Part shown: positions 9,690 through 19,472 of the stretch, piece by piece | Numbering within the stretch: position 1 is the first letter of the stretch | Layout: the number at the start of each line of letters is the position of its first letter | Position numbers and translations under genes: made by a program | Source of the DNA: an uncultured Planctomycetales bacterium | GTDB lineage: Bacteria; Omnitrophota; Gorgyraeia; Zapsychrales; JANLHA01 | Assembly (NCBI GenBank): GCA_964489065.1 | Contig: CAZAXH010000005.1 | Coordinates: 90,094 to 154,093, forward strand | Length of the DNA stretch: 64,000 nucleotides | Reading direction: 5' to 3' | The notes under the pieces: model-generated | What the model was told of the DNA's origin: nothing | Databases searched by the model: none | The model's input: the letters and a program-made list of their open reading frames with translations, nothing else

Positions 9690-10346
9690 ATGCGCCATAA
9701 ATTTGTGATTTTTATAACTTATTTGGTTTTAAGCGTTTTTGCTGTCAGCCTGTCAGGGTGTACGGTGGTATTCCAGCGGGGACAGCGAAAAGATAACCAA
9801 AAAATCGTTTATCTTCAAAATGAATATTCGAAACTTCAGAATGAAATGTCCGAACTTGAGCGGGCCAAGATGGAGCTTGAAGACCGGCTGAGAAACGAGA
9901 TCGACGACCGGGAAGTTAAGGTGGAAATGTTGGACCGCGGGCTGGTCATCACGTTTGTGGCTGAGGTCTTATTTGATTCGGGCAAAGCCAATTTGAAGTC
10001 GGATGCTTTGAATAAACTGGAGCGCGTGGCGTCTGTTCTTAAAACCACGGTTGCGGATTTAAATATTGGCGTGGAAGGGCATACGGATAATGTGCCCATT
10101 AAATATTCAGGATGGAAATCCAACTGGGAGCTTTCTTCGGCCCGGGCCATGAGCGTCTTGCATTACATGGTTGACGATCTTGGAATAGAACCGGCCCGTT
10201 TATCGGCGACAGGGTACGGGGAGTATCATCCCGTGGCGGGCAATGATTCCCCGGAAGGACGGCAGAAAAACCGAAGGGTTGAAATCGTGATTTTGCCCAA
10301 GACAACCAAACAGGCATCCGGACAAGAGAGAGAAAACCTGAAGTAA
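9690..10346 (+). CDS. OmpA/MotB-family peptidoglycan-binding lipoprotein with coiled-coil linker
   Basis: Lipobox LSGC; OmpA_C motifs (..GHTDNVPI.., NWELSSARA, NRRVEIVI). Confidence 0.8.
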   Translation: MRHKFVIFITYLVLSVFAVSLSGCTVVFQRGQRKDNQKIVYLQNEYSKLQNEMSELERAKMELEDRLRNEIDDREVKVEMLDRGLVITFVAEVLFDSGKANLKSDALNKLERVASVLKTTVADLNIGVEGHTDNVPIKYSGWKSNWELSSARAMSVLHYMVDDLGIEPARLSATGYGEYHPVAGNDSPEGRQKNRRVEIVILPKTTKQASGQERENLK

Positions 10347-10371
10347 AAGCCGGGATAATTCATTTTAAAAA

Positions 10372-10773
10372 ATGGAGGAAAATGTGAAAAATATTACTGT
10401 GCCGGTTGCTGTTGCGATTGCGATTATTGGATGCGTTCTTGCCGTGAATGCCAGCGTCAATATGAGTCGGATTGATCAGGTCCTGGAGCAGGAGAGGTTC
10501 AACCGCCTTTCTGCTGAACAGAAACTGCAGACGGCTCAAAAAAATATAAAACAACTGGTTGCGGAGCTGGAAGATTCCCGCAAAAAGATTAAGAATATAG
10601 AAGATATTATCAATCAAGGACGGACAACAACGTCCGACCTTCAGGCGCAGCTCCAGAAGGAAGCTGAGGAAAAAGCCAAATTGATGGGACAGGTTCAGCA
10701 GCTTCAGCAGACCTTGGGTCAACTGGAACAAGCCAAAGATCAGATGACGGCGGCCCCCGCGGGGAACCAGTAA
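10372..10773 (+). CDS. Hypothetical membrane-anchored coiled-coil protein
   Basis: N-terminal TM segment then heptad-rich Q/E/K sequence; RBS AAATGGAGGAAAATG. Confidence 0.5.
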   Translation: MEENVKNITVPVAVAIAIIGCVLAVNASVNMSRIDQVLEQERFNRLSAEQKLQTAQKNIKQLVAELEDSRKKIKNIEDIINQGRTTTSDLQAQLQKEAEEKAKLMGQVQQLQQTLGQLEQAKDQMTAAPAGNQ

Positions 10774-10873
10774 AATGTGATCGGGAGATGATCCTGTTAG
10801 AGTGGCGCTCAATGGGGGATGAGATATCCCCCATTTTTTTAAGTTAGAGATATGTAGAATATGGATGTGAGGA

Positions 10874-11605
10874 GTGACCAGCTTTTTCGATAAAGACAAA
10901 TTGCCGCGGCATATCGCAATTATTATGGATGGCAATGGACGCTGGGCCAGGAGCAAAAAATTGCCCCGTTTCCGGGGGCATATGGAAGGCGTCAAGCGCA
11001 TAGAAGAGATTTCAGCGGCTGCCAATGATTTCGGCATTGAGGTGTTGACAATTTTTGCCTTTTCAACGGAGAACTGGCAGCGCCCCAAAAAAGAGGTGAC
11101 GATGCTCATCAATATGCTGAGCACGGTCTTGACTAAACGTCTGGACCGCCTGGTGGAAGGGAATATCCGCTTGCGCTTTATGGGGAAAAGGGATGGAATT
11201 CCGTCGGCGGTTTTGAAAACAGTTGACCGGGCGATGGAGAAGACCCGTAAGAACACGGGCCTGATTCTTAATCTGGCGTTTAACTACGGGGCGAGGCAGG
11301 AAATCGTTGATGCGTTTAAGCATCTCGCGGCGGAAGTTCAGAAAGGGCGCCTTTCCTTAGCGGATTTGGATGAAGGCCTGATCGGCAAGGCGTTGTATAC
11401 GTTTGATCTGCCGGATCCGGACTTGCTTATTCGCACTTCCGGCGAACAGCGGATCAGCAACTTTTTGTTATGGCAGCTGTCTTATTCGGAATTATATTTT
11501 ACGAATGTTTTCTGGCCGGACTTTACCAAGAAAGAACTGGAAAAGGCTTTGCGTGAATTCCAGAAGAGGGAACGCCGTTTTGGCAGTCTGACGGCCACAA
11601 AATAA
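10874..11605 (+). CDS. uppS: Undecaprenyl diphosphate synthase (GTG start inferred)
   Basis: HIAIIMDGNGRWA and cis-prenyltransferase motifs. Confidence 0.9.
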   Translation: MTSFFDKDKLPRHIAIIMDGNGRWARSKKLPRFRGHMEGVKRIEEISAAANDFGIEVLTIFAFSTENWQRPKKEVTMLINMLSTVLTKRLDRLVEGNIRLRFMGKRDGIPSAVLKTVDRAMEKTRKNTGLILNLAFNYGARQEIVDAFKHLAAEVQKGRLSLADLDEGLIGKALYTFDLPDPDLLIRTSGEQRISNFLLWQLSYSELYFTNVFWPDFTKKELEKALREFQKRERRFGSLTATK

Positions 11606-11629
11606 CAGGATATTTTCAGAAATCATCCT

Positions 11630-12445
11630 ATGTCCATGAGTCGCTTTTACAGTTCAGTTCTTATGATCGCCCTGATCAGCGCGGTCATCATGTACGACGC
11701 GTCTTTTTTGCTTATGGTGATGTTGCTCACGATCGGGGGGTTGTATGAATTTTTTTACATGATTCAGAAAAAGGGGATACCTATCTACAGTTATTTTGGC
11801 ATTATCATCGGCCTCTTGATCCCGATTTCTATTTACTGGAGAATGGAACTGACCCGGAATTTGGAGTTGCTTTTTATTGTCCTGGCGTTCCTTTCGGTCA
11901 TTATTTTGCAGTTTGCCCGTAAGGATAATACGAATGCGGTGGTTGGCCTGTCCACGACGATGTTTGGGATTTTTTATGTGTCCTGGCTGTTCAGCTTTGT
12001 GATTAAAGTGAGGTTTTTGGTGCCCGGCCTCGAGGGGGTTAAGCTGCTCGTGTTTATTTTGTTGGTGACGAAAATGGGTGACATCGGAGCCTTGTTGGTG
12101 GGGAGCCGGTATGGGAAACATCCCCTTTTGCCCAGGGTGAGCCCTAAAAAATCTGTCGAGGGGTGTTTGGGAAGTTTCCTTTTTAGTATTATAACCGCGG
12201 TTGTCAGTCAACCGTTGTTGCCTGCCGCAGTTCAATTTTCCTTTTGGAAGATCGTGCTGATGGGGGCTTTTTTTGGCGGGATCGGTCAGTTAGGGGACCT
12301 GTCTGAATCTCTCATGAAGAGGGATTGTAACGTGAAGGATTCCGGGAATCTGCTGCCAGGAATGGGGGGGGTTCTGGACATGATTGACAGTCTGCTTTTT
12401 TCGGTCCCGGCCTTTTACTTATTTATGAGCGCGGCTTTGAATTAA
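11630..12445 (+). CDS. cdsA: Phosphatidate cytidylyltransferase
   Basis: Polytopic membrane protein with CTP-transferase signature (..SPKKSVEG..); uppS-cdsA-dxr-rseP synteny. Confidence 0.85.
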   Translation: MSMSRFYSSVLMIALISAVIMYDASFLLMVMLLTIGGLYEFFYMIQKKGIPIYSYFGIIIGLLIPISIYWRMELTRNLELLFIVLAFLSVIILQFARKDNTNAVVGLSTTMFGIFYVSWLFSFVIKVRFLVPGLEGVKLLVFILLVTKMGDIGALLVGSRYGKHPLLPRVSPKKSVEGCLGSFLFSIITAVVSQPLLPAAVQFSFWKIVLMGAFFGGIGQLGDLSESLMKRDCNVKDSGNLLPGMGGVLDMIDSLLFSVPAFYLFMSAALN

Positions 12446-12511
12446 GGCTGGTCTGCCCCCAAAGGCAAAGGCCGAATTCCACGGCGGATTCAGCGGAGTC
12501 CCTGACAAAAT

Positions 12512-13696
12512 ATGCTCCACGACATAAGAAGAATTGCTGTCCTGGGATCGACGGGATCCATAGGCATTAATACGTTGAAGGCTGTTGACCATTACCCTGA
12601 ACGCTTTAAGGTCGTTGGGCTGAGTGCGCTGAACAACCACGAACTTTTACTCGCTCAGGCCAAGCAGTATCACCCGAAATATATCGGGATCCGCCGGGAG
12701 AAAATCGGCCTTTTAAAAAAAAGTTTAAATGAAACCTCCTTGAAGATCCTGGATGCTGAATCCGAGTTGTCCTGGCTCGTTTCCCGGCCGGATATTGATA
12801 TTGTGGTGATCGGCATGAGCGGCAGCGCGGCCTTGGAACCGTTTTTAAGCGCGGTGAGAGCCGGCAAGCGGGTTGCTCCGGCGAATAAAGAGGCGCTTGT
12901 GATCGCCGGGGATATTATTATGAGGGAAGCGGCTGAACACGGGGCCGAGGTTATTCCGGTTGATTCTGAACAAAGCGCCGTGTTCCAGTGTTTGGCCGGT
13001 GGCCGGAGGAAGGATTTGCACAAGGTTTATTTAACCGCTTCCGGGGGGGCGTTAAGGCGCATCCCGGCCCGGCGGTTTGCGGCCTTAGGGGTCAGCGATA
13101 TCCTGAATCATCCGCGCTGGAAAATGGGAAAGAAGATCACCGTAGATTCAGCGACGCTTATGAATAAAGGGTTTGAGGTGATTGAAGCCCAGCGTTTGTT
13201 CGGCTTGAAGGTGGAGGAGATCGAAGTGGTCATCCATCCGGAAGCGGTTATTCATTCCATGGTGGCGTTTCAGGATGGATCGGTTATCGCTCAGTTGGGC
13301 ATTCCGGATATGCGTTTGCCCATTCAATACGCTCTCACATATCCGGAAAGAAAAGGCACGGGGCTGAAGCCTTTGGATTTTTTGGCCACGAAACGGCTGA
13401 CGTTTGAAAAGCCGAATTTAAAAAAATTTCCATCATTAGCTCTGGCCGTCGAAGTGGCCGGCCGGGGAGGAACACTGCCGAGCGTCCTGAATGCGGCTGA
13501 CGAAGAGGCCGTACAGGCATTTTTGGATGAGAAGATCCCGTTTACCGGGATATATAATATAGTGGAAAAGATTGTCACGAGTCATATAATAGTAGGAAAT
13601 CCAGGGATCCCGGATATCCTGTCGGCCGATGCGTGGGCCCGTCAGGAAGCCCGCAAGAGGATTCTTGATTTTAAATCTTACAAGCAAATATTTTAG
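12512..13696 (+). CDS. dxr: 1-deoxy-D-xylulose 5-phosphate reductoisomerase
   Basis: ILGSTGSIG NADPH-binding motif, full-length 394 aa. Confidence 0.95.
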   Translation: MLHDIRRIAVLGSTGSIGINTLKAVDHYPERFKVVGLSALNNHELLLAQAKQYHPKYIGIRREKIGLLKKSLNETSLKILDAESELSWLVSRPDIDIVVIGMSGSAALEPFLSAVRAGKRVAPANKEALVIAGDIIMREAAEHGAEVIPVDSEQSAVFQCLAGGRRKDLHKVYLTASGGALRRIPARRFAALGVSDILNHPRWKMGKKITVDSATLMNKGFEVIEAQRLFGLKVEEIEVVIHPEAVIHSMVAFQDGSVIAQLGIPDMRLPIQYALTYPERKGTGLKPLDFLATKRLTFEKPNLKKFPSLALAVEVAGRGGTLPSVLNAADEEAVQAFLDEKIPFTGIYNIVEKIVTSHIIVGNPGIPDILSADAWARQEARKRILDFKSYKQIF

Positions 13697-13757
13697 GAGC
13701 CATGGCCTGGGCGCGCAGAATGGATGCTGGGCTGGATAAAACAGAGGTGGGGTTATA

Positions 13758-15113
13758 ATGGATATTATTATATTTTTGGCCGTTTTGAGTGTTTTGGTTA
13801 TTGTGCATGAATGGGGCCATTTTTTTACCGCCAAGTCCTTGGGTGTCGTGGTAGAAAAATTTTCCGTGGGCTTTGGCCCAAAGCTGTTTTCCCGCCAGCA
13901 TAAAGGGACGGAGTTTTTGGTCAGCGCGATTCCCCTTGGCGGATATGTCAAGATGGCTGGTGATGACCGGAACGATTGCAAGGGAACCGCGGGCGAGTTT
14001 TTTTCCCACCCGTTGGGGCATCGCGCTTTGATCGTTTTGATGGGTCCGGTCGTGAATTTTATTTTCGCGTTTATCTGCCTTGTGGTTATTTTCATCGCCG
14101 GCTTTCCCGGTGCCTCGACCGATATTATGGCTGTCAAGGAAAGCGGGGCGGCTCAGGCGGCGGGACTCCGCCCAGGGGATAAAATCCTGGCGGTCAATTC
14201 CCGGAAAATTTATGGGCAGGGGCATTTGGATAGACTTCTTAGGGCGCCGTTGCAGGTGCCTTTACAGATTTTGGTTCAGCGTGGGGACGCTTTGATTCAG
14301 CTGCCCGTGACGCCCCCGCGGAATAGGGTGGAGAATGAATTCGGGGAAGAAGAGCCCATTTTTGATCTTGGGGTTGATTACATCGGCAATGAGGTGGGGT
14401 GGTTGGCGGAAGGAGCTCCCGCGCAGGCGGCTGGATTAAAAGAAGGCGATAAAATCGTCGATATTAATGGGACCGTGATTCATGGCTGGTCGGATATTCA
14501 GGATAATATCCGGCACTCAACGGCCGAAACCCTGCTTTTGACATATGTGCGCAATGGGGAAAAGATAACGGTTCATGTTAGCCCGCGCGTTGAAACATTT
14601 AAAAATAAGGATGGGAAGGAAGAAGAAATCAGAATGATTGGCGTTGGGCCGACCCAGCAGATTGAAACGTACCGGTTCGGGATGGTTGACTCTGTCCGAA
14701 ATGCCGGGTCGGAACTTGTCAATATCATAACGCTGACTTTGAAAACTCTCGGAAAAGTGGTGACCGGTTCTCTTTCCGCCAAACGGGCCATCGGCGGGCC
14801 GATCCGTATCTTTTCGGTTGTGAGCAACGCCGCGGCCATGGGGGTTCTTAGCCTGATTTACGTTATGGCGGTTATCAGCGCAAGTTTGGCGCTGTTTAAC
14901 CTTTTCCCCGTCCCTGTTTTGGACGGGGGGCATATCTTCCTTTGCTTAATAGAAAAAATGCGCGGCCGTCCCTTACCCTTGAAATGGGAAGAGAACCTGA
15001 ATAAAGCCGGGTTCACGGCCTTGATGGTCCTGATGGCGTTTGTGATTTATAACGACATCGTGGAGGTGGGGCTGCTGAAGAAAATATCGGATCTGGTCGC
15101 CCAAATAAGATGA
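13758..15113 (+). CDS. rseP: RIP zinc metalloprotease RseP (site-2 protease) with PDZ domains
   Basis: HEWGHF zinc motif in first TM, PDZ segments, LDGG motif. Confidence 0.9.
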   Translation: MDIIIFLAVLSVLVIVHEWGHFFTAKSLGVVVEKFSVGFGPKLFSRQHKGTEFLVSAIPLGGYVKMAGDDRNDCKGTAGEFFSHPLGHRALIVLMGPVVNFIFAFICLVVIFIAGFPGASTDIMAVKESGAAQAAGLRPGDKILAVNSRKIYGQGHLDRLLRAPLQVPLQILVQRGDALIQLPVTPPRNRVENEFGEEEPIFDLGVDYIGNEVGWLAEGAPAQAAGLKEGDKIVDINGTVIHGWSDIQDNIRHSTAETLLLTYVRNGEKITVHVSPRVETFKNKDGKEEEIRMIGVGPTQQIETYRFGMVDSVRNAGSELVNIITLTLKTLGKVVTGSLSAKRAIGGPIRIFSVVSNAAAMGVLSLIYVMAVISASLALFNLFPVPVLDGGHIFLCLIEKMRGRPLPLKWEENLNKAGFTALMVLMAFVIYNDIVEVGLLKKISDLVAQIR

Positions 15114-15154
15114 GATCAACGGCGGGATGACATGGGGAACAAAAGGAGAAGGTC

Positions 15155-16426
15155 ATGATTGAAGACACCGAACTAAAGGAAGTAGTTCACCGTTACCTGA
15201 TTCAGAAAACAGATTTTTTAAAGGTTAAAGATAAGATGAACGAGGATCAGCTGCGGGTTTATGTTGACAAGGCGATTACGGATGTTTGTTACGATGAGCA
15301 GCTTGAAATCACCATGGAGCAGCGCATCCGTCTGATACGCGAAATGGTCGGCGCCGTCGTGGCTTTGGGGCCGCTGCGCCCTTTGATGGAAGATAAGTCT
15401 ATCACGGAAATTATGGTGAATGGGGCGCATCAGATTTTTATCCAGCGTGGCGGCCGGATTGTCCTGTCTGACGTTAAATTCGAGCATAACGAGCATTTGA
15501 CCCACACGATCCAGAAGCTTTTGAACAGCTCGGGAACCAACCGGCGCGTAGATGAGTCCAACCCGTACGTCGACTTCCCTCTTCCCGACGGGACCCGGTG
15601 TAACGTCATTTTGCCTCCCTGTTCCCTGGTCGGGCCAGTCATGACGATTCGTAAATTCGCCGATATTTCCACGATTGATGACGTGTTGAGGTTAAAAATG
15701 CTTGATAACAACATCGCCACCTTCCTGAGCGGGACGATGAAGGCGAAGCATAATATTGTCTTCTGCGGGGCGACCGGTACCGGTAAAACGACGCTGCTCA
15801 ACGTCCTTTCCCGGCATATCGACGAAGAAGAGCGGATTATCACCATTGAGGATACCCCGGAGTTGCGGCTGAAACAGGAGCACGTCGTGACCCTGCAGGC
15901 CAAGATGGCCAACGTGGAAGGGAAAGGGGCCATCACCATCCGGGATCTTTTCGTTAACTCCCTGCGTATGCGCCCTGACCGGCTGATCATCGGGGAAGTC
16001 CGTTCCGATGAAATGCTGGATTTGATTGAGTCTATCGCTTCCGGGCACTCCGGGTCGCTGGCTATCGTTCACGCGGAATCCCCGGAAGACTGTTTTTCCC
16101 GTATGACCACGATGATGCTTATGACCGGGATTAAACTTGATACCCGGATTATCGAAAAACAGATCGCTCGCGCGATCGATTTGATCGTGCATATTATCCT
16201 TTACCCGGATGGTGTCCGGCGGGTGACAAACGTGACCGACGTCTCCTGGGACGAAGAAAGGGAGAAGCCCGTCATGCAGGACATCTTTACTTTTACGAGG
16301 GACCGGATCACTGAGGAAGGGAAAATCGAAGGGCACTGGGAGATGAACCGTTCCACTCCGGCCTGTTATACGAAATTTGTTAAAAAGAACATTAAATTGC
16401 CCCCGGGATTTTTTGATAAAATGTAA
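15155..16426 (+). CDS. CpaF/TadA-family type II/IV secretion system ATPase (orphan; no cognate pilus/secretion genes in window)
   Basis: Walker A GATGTGKTT, Asp box, Walker B and His box typical of VirB11/CpaF; N-terminal CpaF-like domain. Confidence 0.85.
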   Translation: MIEDTELKEVVHRYLIQKTDFLKVKDKMNEDQLRVYVDKAITDVCYDEQLEITMEQRIRLIREMVGAVVALGPLRPLMEDKSITEIMVNGAHQIFIQRGGRIVLSDVKFEHNEHLTHTIQKLLNSSGTNRRVDESNPYVDFPLPDGTRCNVILPPCSLVGPVMTIRKFADISTIDDVLRLKMLDNNIATFLSGTMKAKHNIVFCGATGTGKTTLLNVLSRHIDEEERIITIEDTPELRLKQEHVVTLQAKMANVEGKGAITIRDLFVNSLRMRPDRLIIGEVRSDEMLDLIESIASGHSGSLAIVHAESPEDCFSRMTTMMLMTGIKLDTRIIEKQIARAIDLIVHIILYPDGVRRVTNVTDVSWDEEREKPVMQDIFTFTRDRITEEGKIEGHWEMNRSTPACYTKFVKKNIKLPPGFFDKM

Positions 16427-16462
16427 TTTTTTAACGTTAAAGTGCGGAGAGAAAGGGTGATT

Positions 16463-17737
16463 ATGCGCTGGACACAGACTCTAATACCAACACTGAAGGA
16501 GACCCCGGTCGGAACGGAAGCCGTGAGTCATCAGTTGCTTTTAAGGGCCGGGCTCGTCAATATGCTGACTTCGGGGGTTTATTCGTATCTGCCTCTGGGG
16601 TTAAAGGTGTTGCGCCGCATTGAAGCGATTATCAGGGAAGAAATGAACGCGGCTGGCGCCAGGGAGCTTTTTTTGCCCTGCTTACAGCCCTTGGAATTGT
16701 GGAAGCAGACGGGTCGGGATCAAACATTGAAAGAGATTATGATCCGGTTTAAGGATAACCGGGGCCGGGAGATGTGCCTGGGGCCGACGCATGAGGAGGT
16801 GATTACCGACTTGGCCAAAAATTATGTGCAGTCATACCGTCAACTTCCGCTGACATTGTATCAGATTCAGACCAAATTTCGGGATGAGCTCCGGACGCGT
16901 TTCGGTATTGTGCGCGCCTGTGAATTCATCATGAAAGACGCCTACAGTTTTGACCGTGATTTTGCGGGGCTGCAACAGGTTTATCAAAAGATGTATAGCG
17001 CCTATCAGAATGTGTTTAAGCGATGCGGAGTGGATGTCCACATTATTGCCGCGGATTCCGGAGCCATGGGCGGGGATGTCTCTCATGAGTTTCTGGCCCT
17101 GGCCCCGATCGGGGAGGACGAGGTGGCTTTGTGCGGCGGCTGTGGCTTTGCCGGTGCGGGGTCGATTTTGACGGAAAGCGGCGGGACGTGTCCGTCCTGC
17201 GGGAAGCTGTTGACAAAGCAGGTTGCGATTGAATTGGGGCATATTTTTCAATTGGGGACAAAATACAGCCAGTCGCAGGGGGCCATGTTCCTGGATGAGG
17301 ACGGAAAACTGAAACCCATGGTTATGGGATGTTACGGCATCGGTGTCAGCCGGCTCATCGCCGCGGTGGTTGAAAAAAATTATGATGAACAGGGCATTGT
17401 CTGGCCGCGGGAAGTTTCTCCGTACGATGTGGAAATCCTGCCGCTGACCGGTGAGGACGAAGAAGGCCTGGCCTTGGCGCGGGAATATGCGGACATGTTG
17501 GAGCAAGACCGTTTTGACGTGCTGGTGGATGACCGGGCGGAAAGTCCGGGGCGTAAATTTCATGACGCCGATTTGATCGGGATTCCCTATCGTTTGATTC
17601 TTGGGGTGCGGGGTTTGAAAGAGGGTGTCGTGGAGCTTAAGGAACGCAAGTCGGGCCGGGTGCAAAAAATTAGGAAAGAAGATGTCCGTCAGCGGCTGCC
17701 GGGCATCCTGCACAATGGTTTTTCGGAGAAGGATTGA
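16463..17737 (+). CDS. proS: Prolyl-tRNA synthetase, short form lacking the INS editing domain (alt. upstream start 16442)
   Basis: Class II aaRS motifs, ProRS anticodon-binding domain; 425-431 aa. Confidence 0.9.
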   Translation: MRWTQTLIPTLKETPVGTEAVSHQLLLRAGLVNMLTSGVYSYLPLGLKVLRRIEAIIREEMNAAGARELFLPCLQPLELWKQTGRDQTLKEIMIRFKDNRGREMCLGPTHEEVITDLAKNYVQSYRQLPLTLYQIQTKFRDELRTRFGIVRACEFIMKDAYSFDRDFAGLQQVYQKMYSAYQNVFKRCGVDVHIIAADSGAMGGDVSHEFLALAPIGEDEVALCGGCGFAGAGSILTESGGTCPSCGKLLTKQVAIELGHIFQLGTKYSQSQGAMFLDEDGKLKPMVMGCYGIGVSRLIAAVVEKNYDEQGIVWPREVSPYDVEILPLTGEDEEGLALAREYADMLEQDRFDVLVDDRAESPGRKFHDADLIGIPYRLILGVRGLKEGVVELKERKSGRVQKIRKEDVRQRLPGILHNGFSEKD

Positions 17738-18216
17738 AGATGCTGGAAGACATGGAAGCACGGGTTAAGGCATGCTTGAGACCGCTTCTGGAAGAGAGCG
17801 GGGCGGACTTGGTGGAGTTAAAAGTTAAACGGGCTCAACGGCAGGTAATTATTCGGGCGTTGGTGGACCTGCCGGAAGGCGGCATTACGATCGGTCAGTG
17901 CAGCCGGATGAATAAGCAATTGGGCCGGCAGATTGCCGAGGAAGGAATCATAGACGGCGATTATTCTGTTGAAGTCTGCTCCCCGGGGATCGATTGGCCG
18001 CTTGTGGACGAGAAGGATTTCAGGCGCGTCCGGGGCAGGCTAGTTCACGTTGTGCTGGCGGAACCCTTGGAGGGGCGCCAGGACATTGCTGGCCGGGTGA
18101 TGGGGGTTGAGAAGGAGAGCGTGTGTATCGAAATAGACGGAGCGTTGAGAGACATTCCGTTGAGACAAATTAAGAAAGCAAATCAAATGCTCGCAGAAGG
18201 GAAAGGACATGGATAA
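17734..18216 (+). CDS. rimP: Ribosome maturation factor RimP
   Basis: RimP fold pattern, position upstream of nusA-infB. Confidence 0.85.
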   Translation: MKMLEDMEARVKACLRPLLEESGADLVELKVKRAQRQVIIRALVDLPEGGITIGQCSRMNKQLGRQIAEEGIIDGDYSVEVCSPGIDWPLVDEKDFRRVRGRLVHVVLAEPLEGRQDIAGRVMGVEKESVCIEIDGALRDIPLRQIKKANQMLAEGKGHG

Positions 18217-19438
18217 CAGAGAGTTGCTGGCTATTTTAGACCAGTTGGAAAGAGACAAGGGTATTAATAAAAACGTTTTGATTGAGGCGGTTGAAGCGGC
18301 GGTGGCTTCTGCGGCGAAGAAAATCTGGACTGTCGACAGCCTGGAGGAGATTAAAGTCGTCATTAATCGTAAGACCGGAAAACTGACGGCCTATGCCGGT
18401 GAGCACGAGATCCGTTCGAGTGAGTTCGGGCGCATCGCGGCCCAGACAGCCAAGCAGGTTGTCATTCAAAAAATCCGGGAAGCGGAAAAAGACGTTGTGT
18501 ATCAGGAGTATCAGAACCGGATCGGCCAGATTATTTCCGGGGGGGTTTACCGTTTTGAGAAAGGCAATATCATCGTCGACCTGGGGAAGTCCGAAGGGTA
18601 TCTGCCTAAAAGCGAAATATCGGGCAAAGAAGAATTCAAACAGGGAGACCGGATCCGGGCGTACGTCCTGGACGTCACCCGGGAGGCCAAGGGGCCGCAG
18701 ATTATTTTGTCCCGGGCTAATCCTAACTTTGTGAAGAGGCTTTTTGAACTGGAGGTCCCGGAGATTTATGAAGGGATTGTCGAGATCAAGTCCATCTCCC
18801 GCGCCGTCGGAGAACGGACAAAGATCGCCGTTTATTCAAAGGACGAGAAGGTGGATTGTGTCGGTGCCTGTGTGGGGATGCGCGGGGCGCGGGTCAAAAA
18901 TATCGTCAACGAACTTCAGGGGGAGAAGATCGATATCGTCCGTTATTCGAATGATATTAAGGAATATATCCAAGCGGCTTTATCTCCGGCCGAAATCTCC
19001 CAGATTCAGATCAACAGTGAGGATAAGAAAGCAAATTTGATTGTTGCGGATGATCAGCTTTCTCTGGCTATTGGGAAAAGAGGGCAGAACGTCCGTTTGG
19101 CCAGCGAATTGGTGGGCTGGGAGTTGAATATTTTTACGGCGGAACAATGGGCTAGTCAACAGGAGCCGCCTCCGGCTGAAGAACCAGTTTTGCTACCGGA
19201 AGGAAAGAATGCAACGGCGGAGCCGGAGCCTAAAAGCGAAGAACGGGTTTCGGAATTAACTCAACTCAAAGGAGCCGGGCCCAAGGTTATTCAGGCCCTT
19301 GAGGACGCGGGGTTCTTGACGATAGCAAGCATTGCCGCGGCTGTTCCTGACGATTTGACACCTATCAAAGGTTTGGGTAAAATCAAGGCGGAAAGACTTA
19401 TCGAAGAGGCTAAATCCCTTACGGGACAGGATAAATAA
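18209..19438 (+). CDS. nusA: Transcription termination/antitermination factor NusA
   Basis: S1, KH1/KH2 (GxxG) domains; 409 aa. Confidence 0.95.
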   Translation: MDNRELLAILDQLERDKGINKNVLIEAVEAAVASAAKKIWTVDSLEEIKVVINRKTGKLTAYAGEHEIRSSEFGRIAAQTAKQVVIQKIREAEKDVVYQEYQNRIGQIISGGVYRFEKGNIIVDLGKSEGYLPKSEISGKEEFKQGDRIRAYVLDVTREAKGPQIILSRANPNFVKRLFELEVPEIYEGIVEIKSISRAVGERTKIAVYSKDEKVDCVGACVGMRGARVKNIVNELQGEKIDIVRYSNDIKEYIQAALSPAEISQIQINSEDKKANLIVADDQLSLAIGKRGQNVRLASELVGWELNIFTAEQWASQQEPPPAEEPVLLPEGKNATAEPEPKSEERVSELTQLKGAGPKVIQALEDAGFLTIASIAAAVPDDLTPIKGLGKIKAERLIEEAKSLTGQDK

Positions 19439-19472
19439 ATATCATACTGGTCACGAGACGTTAGGAAAGAAC

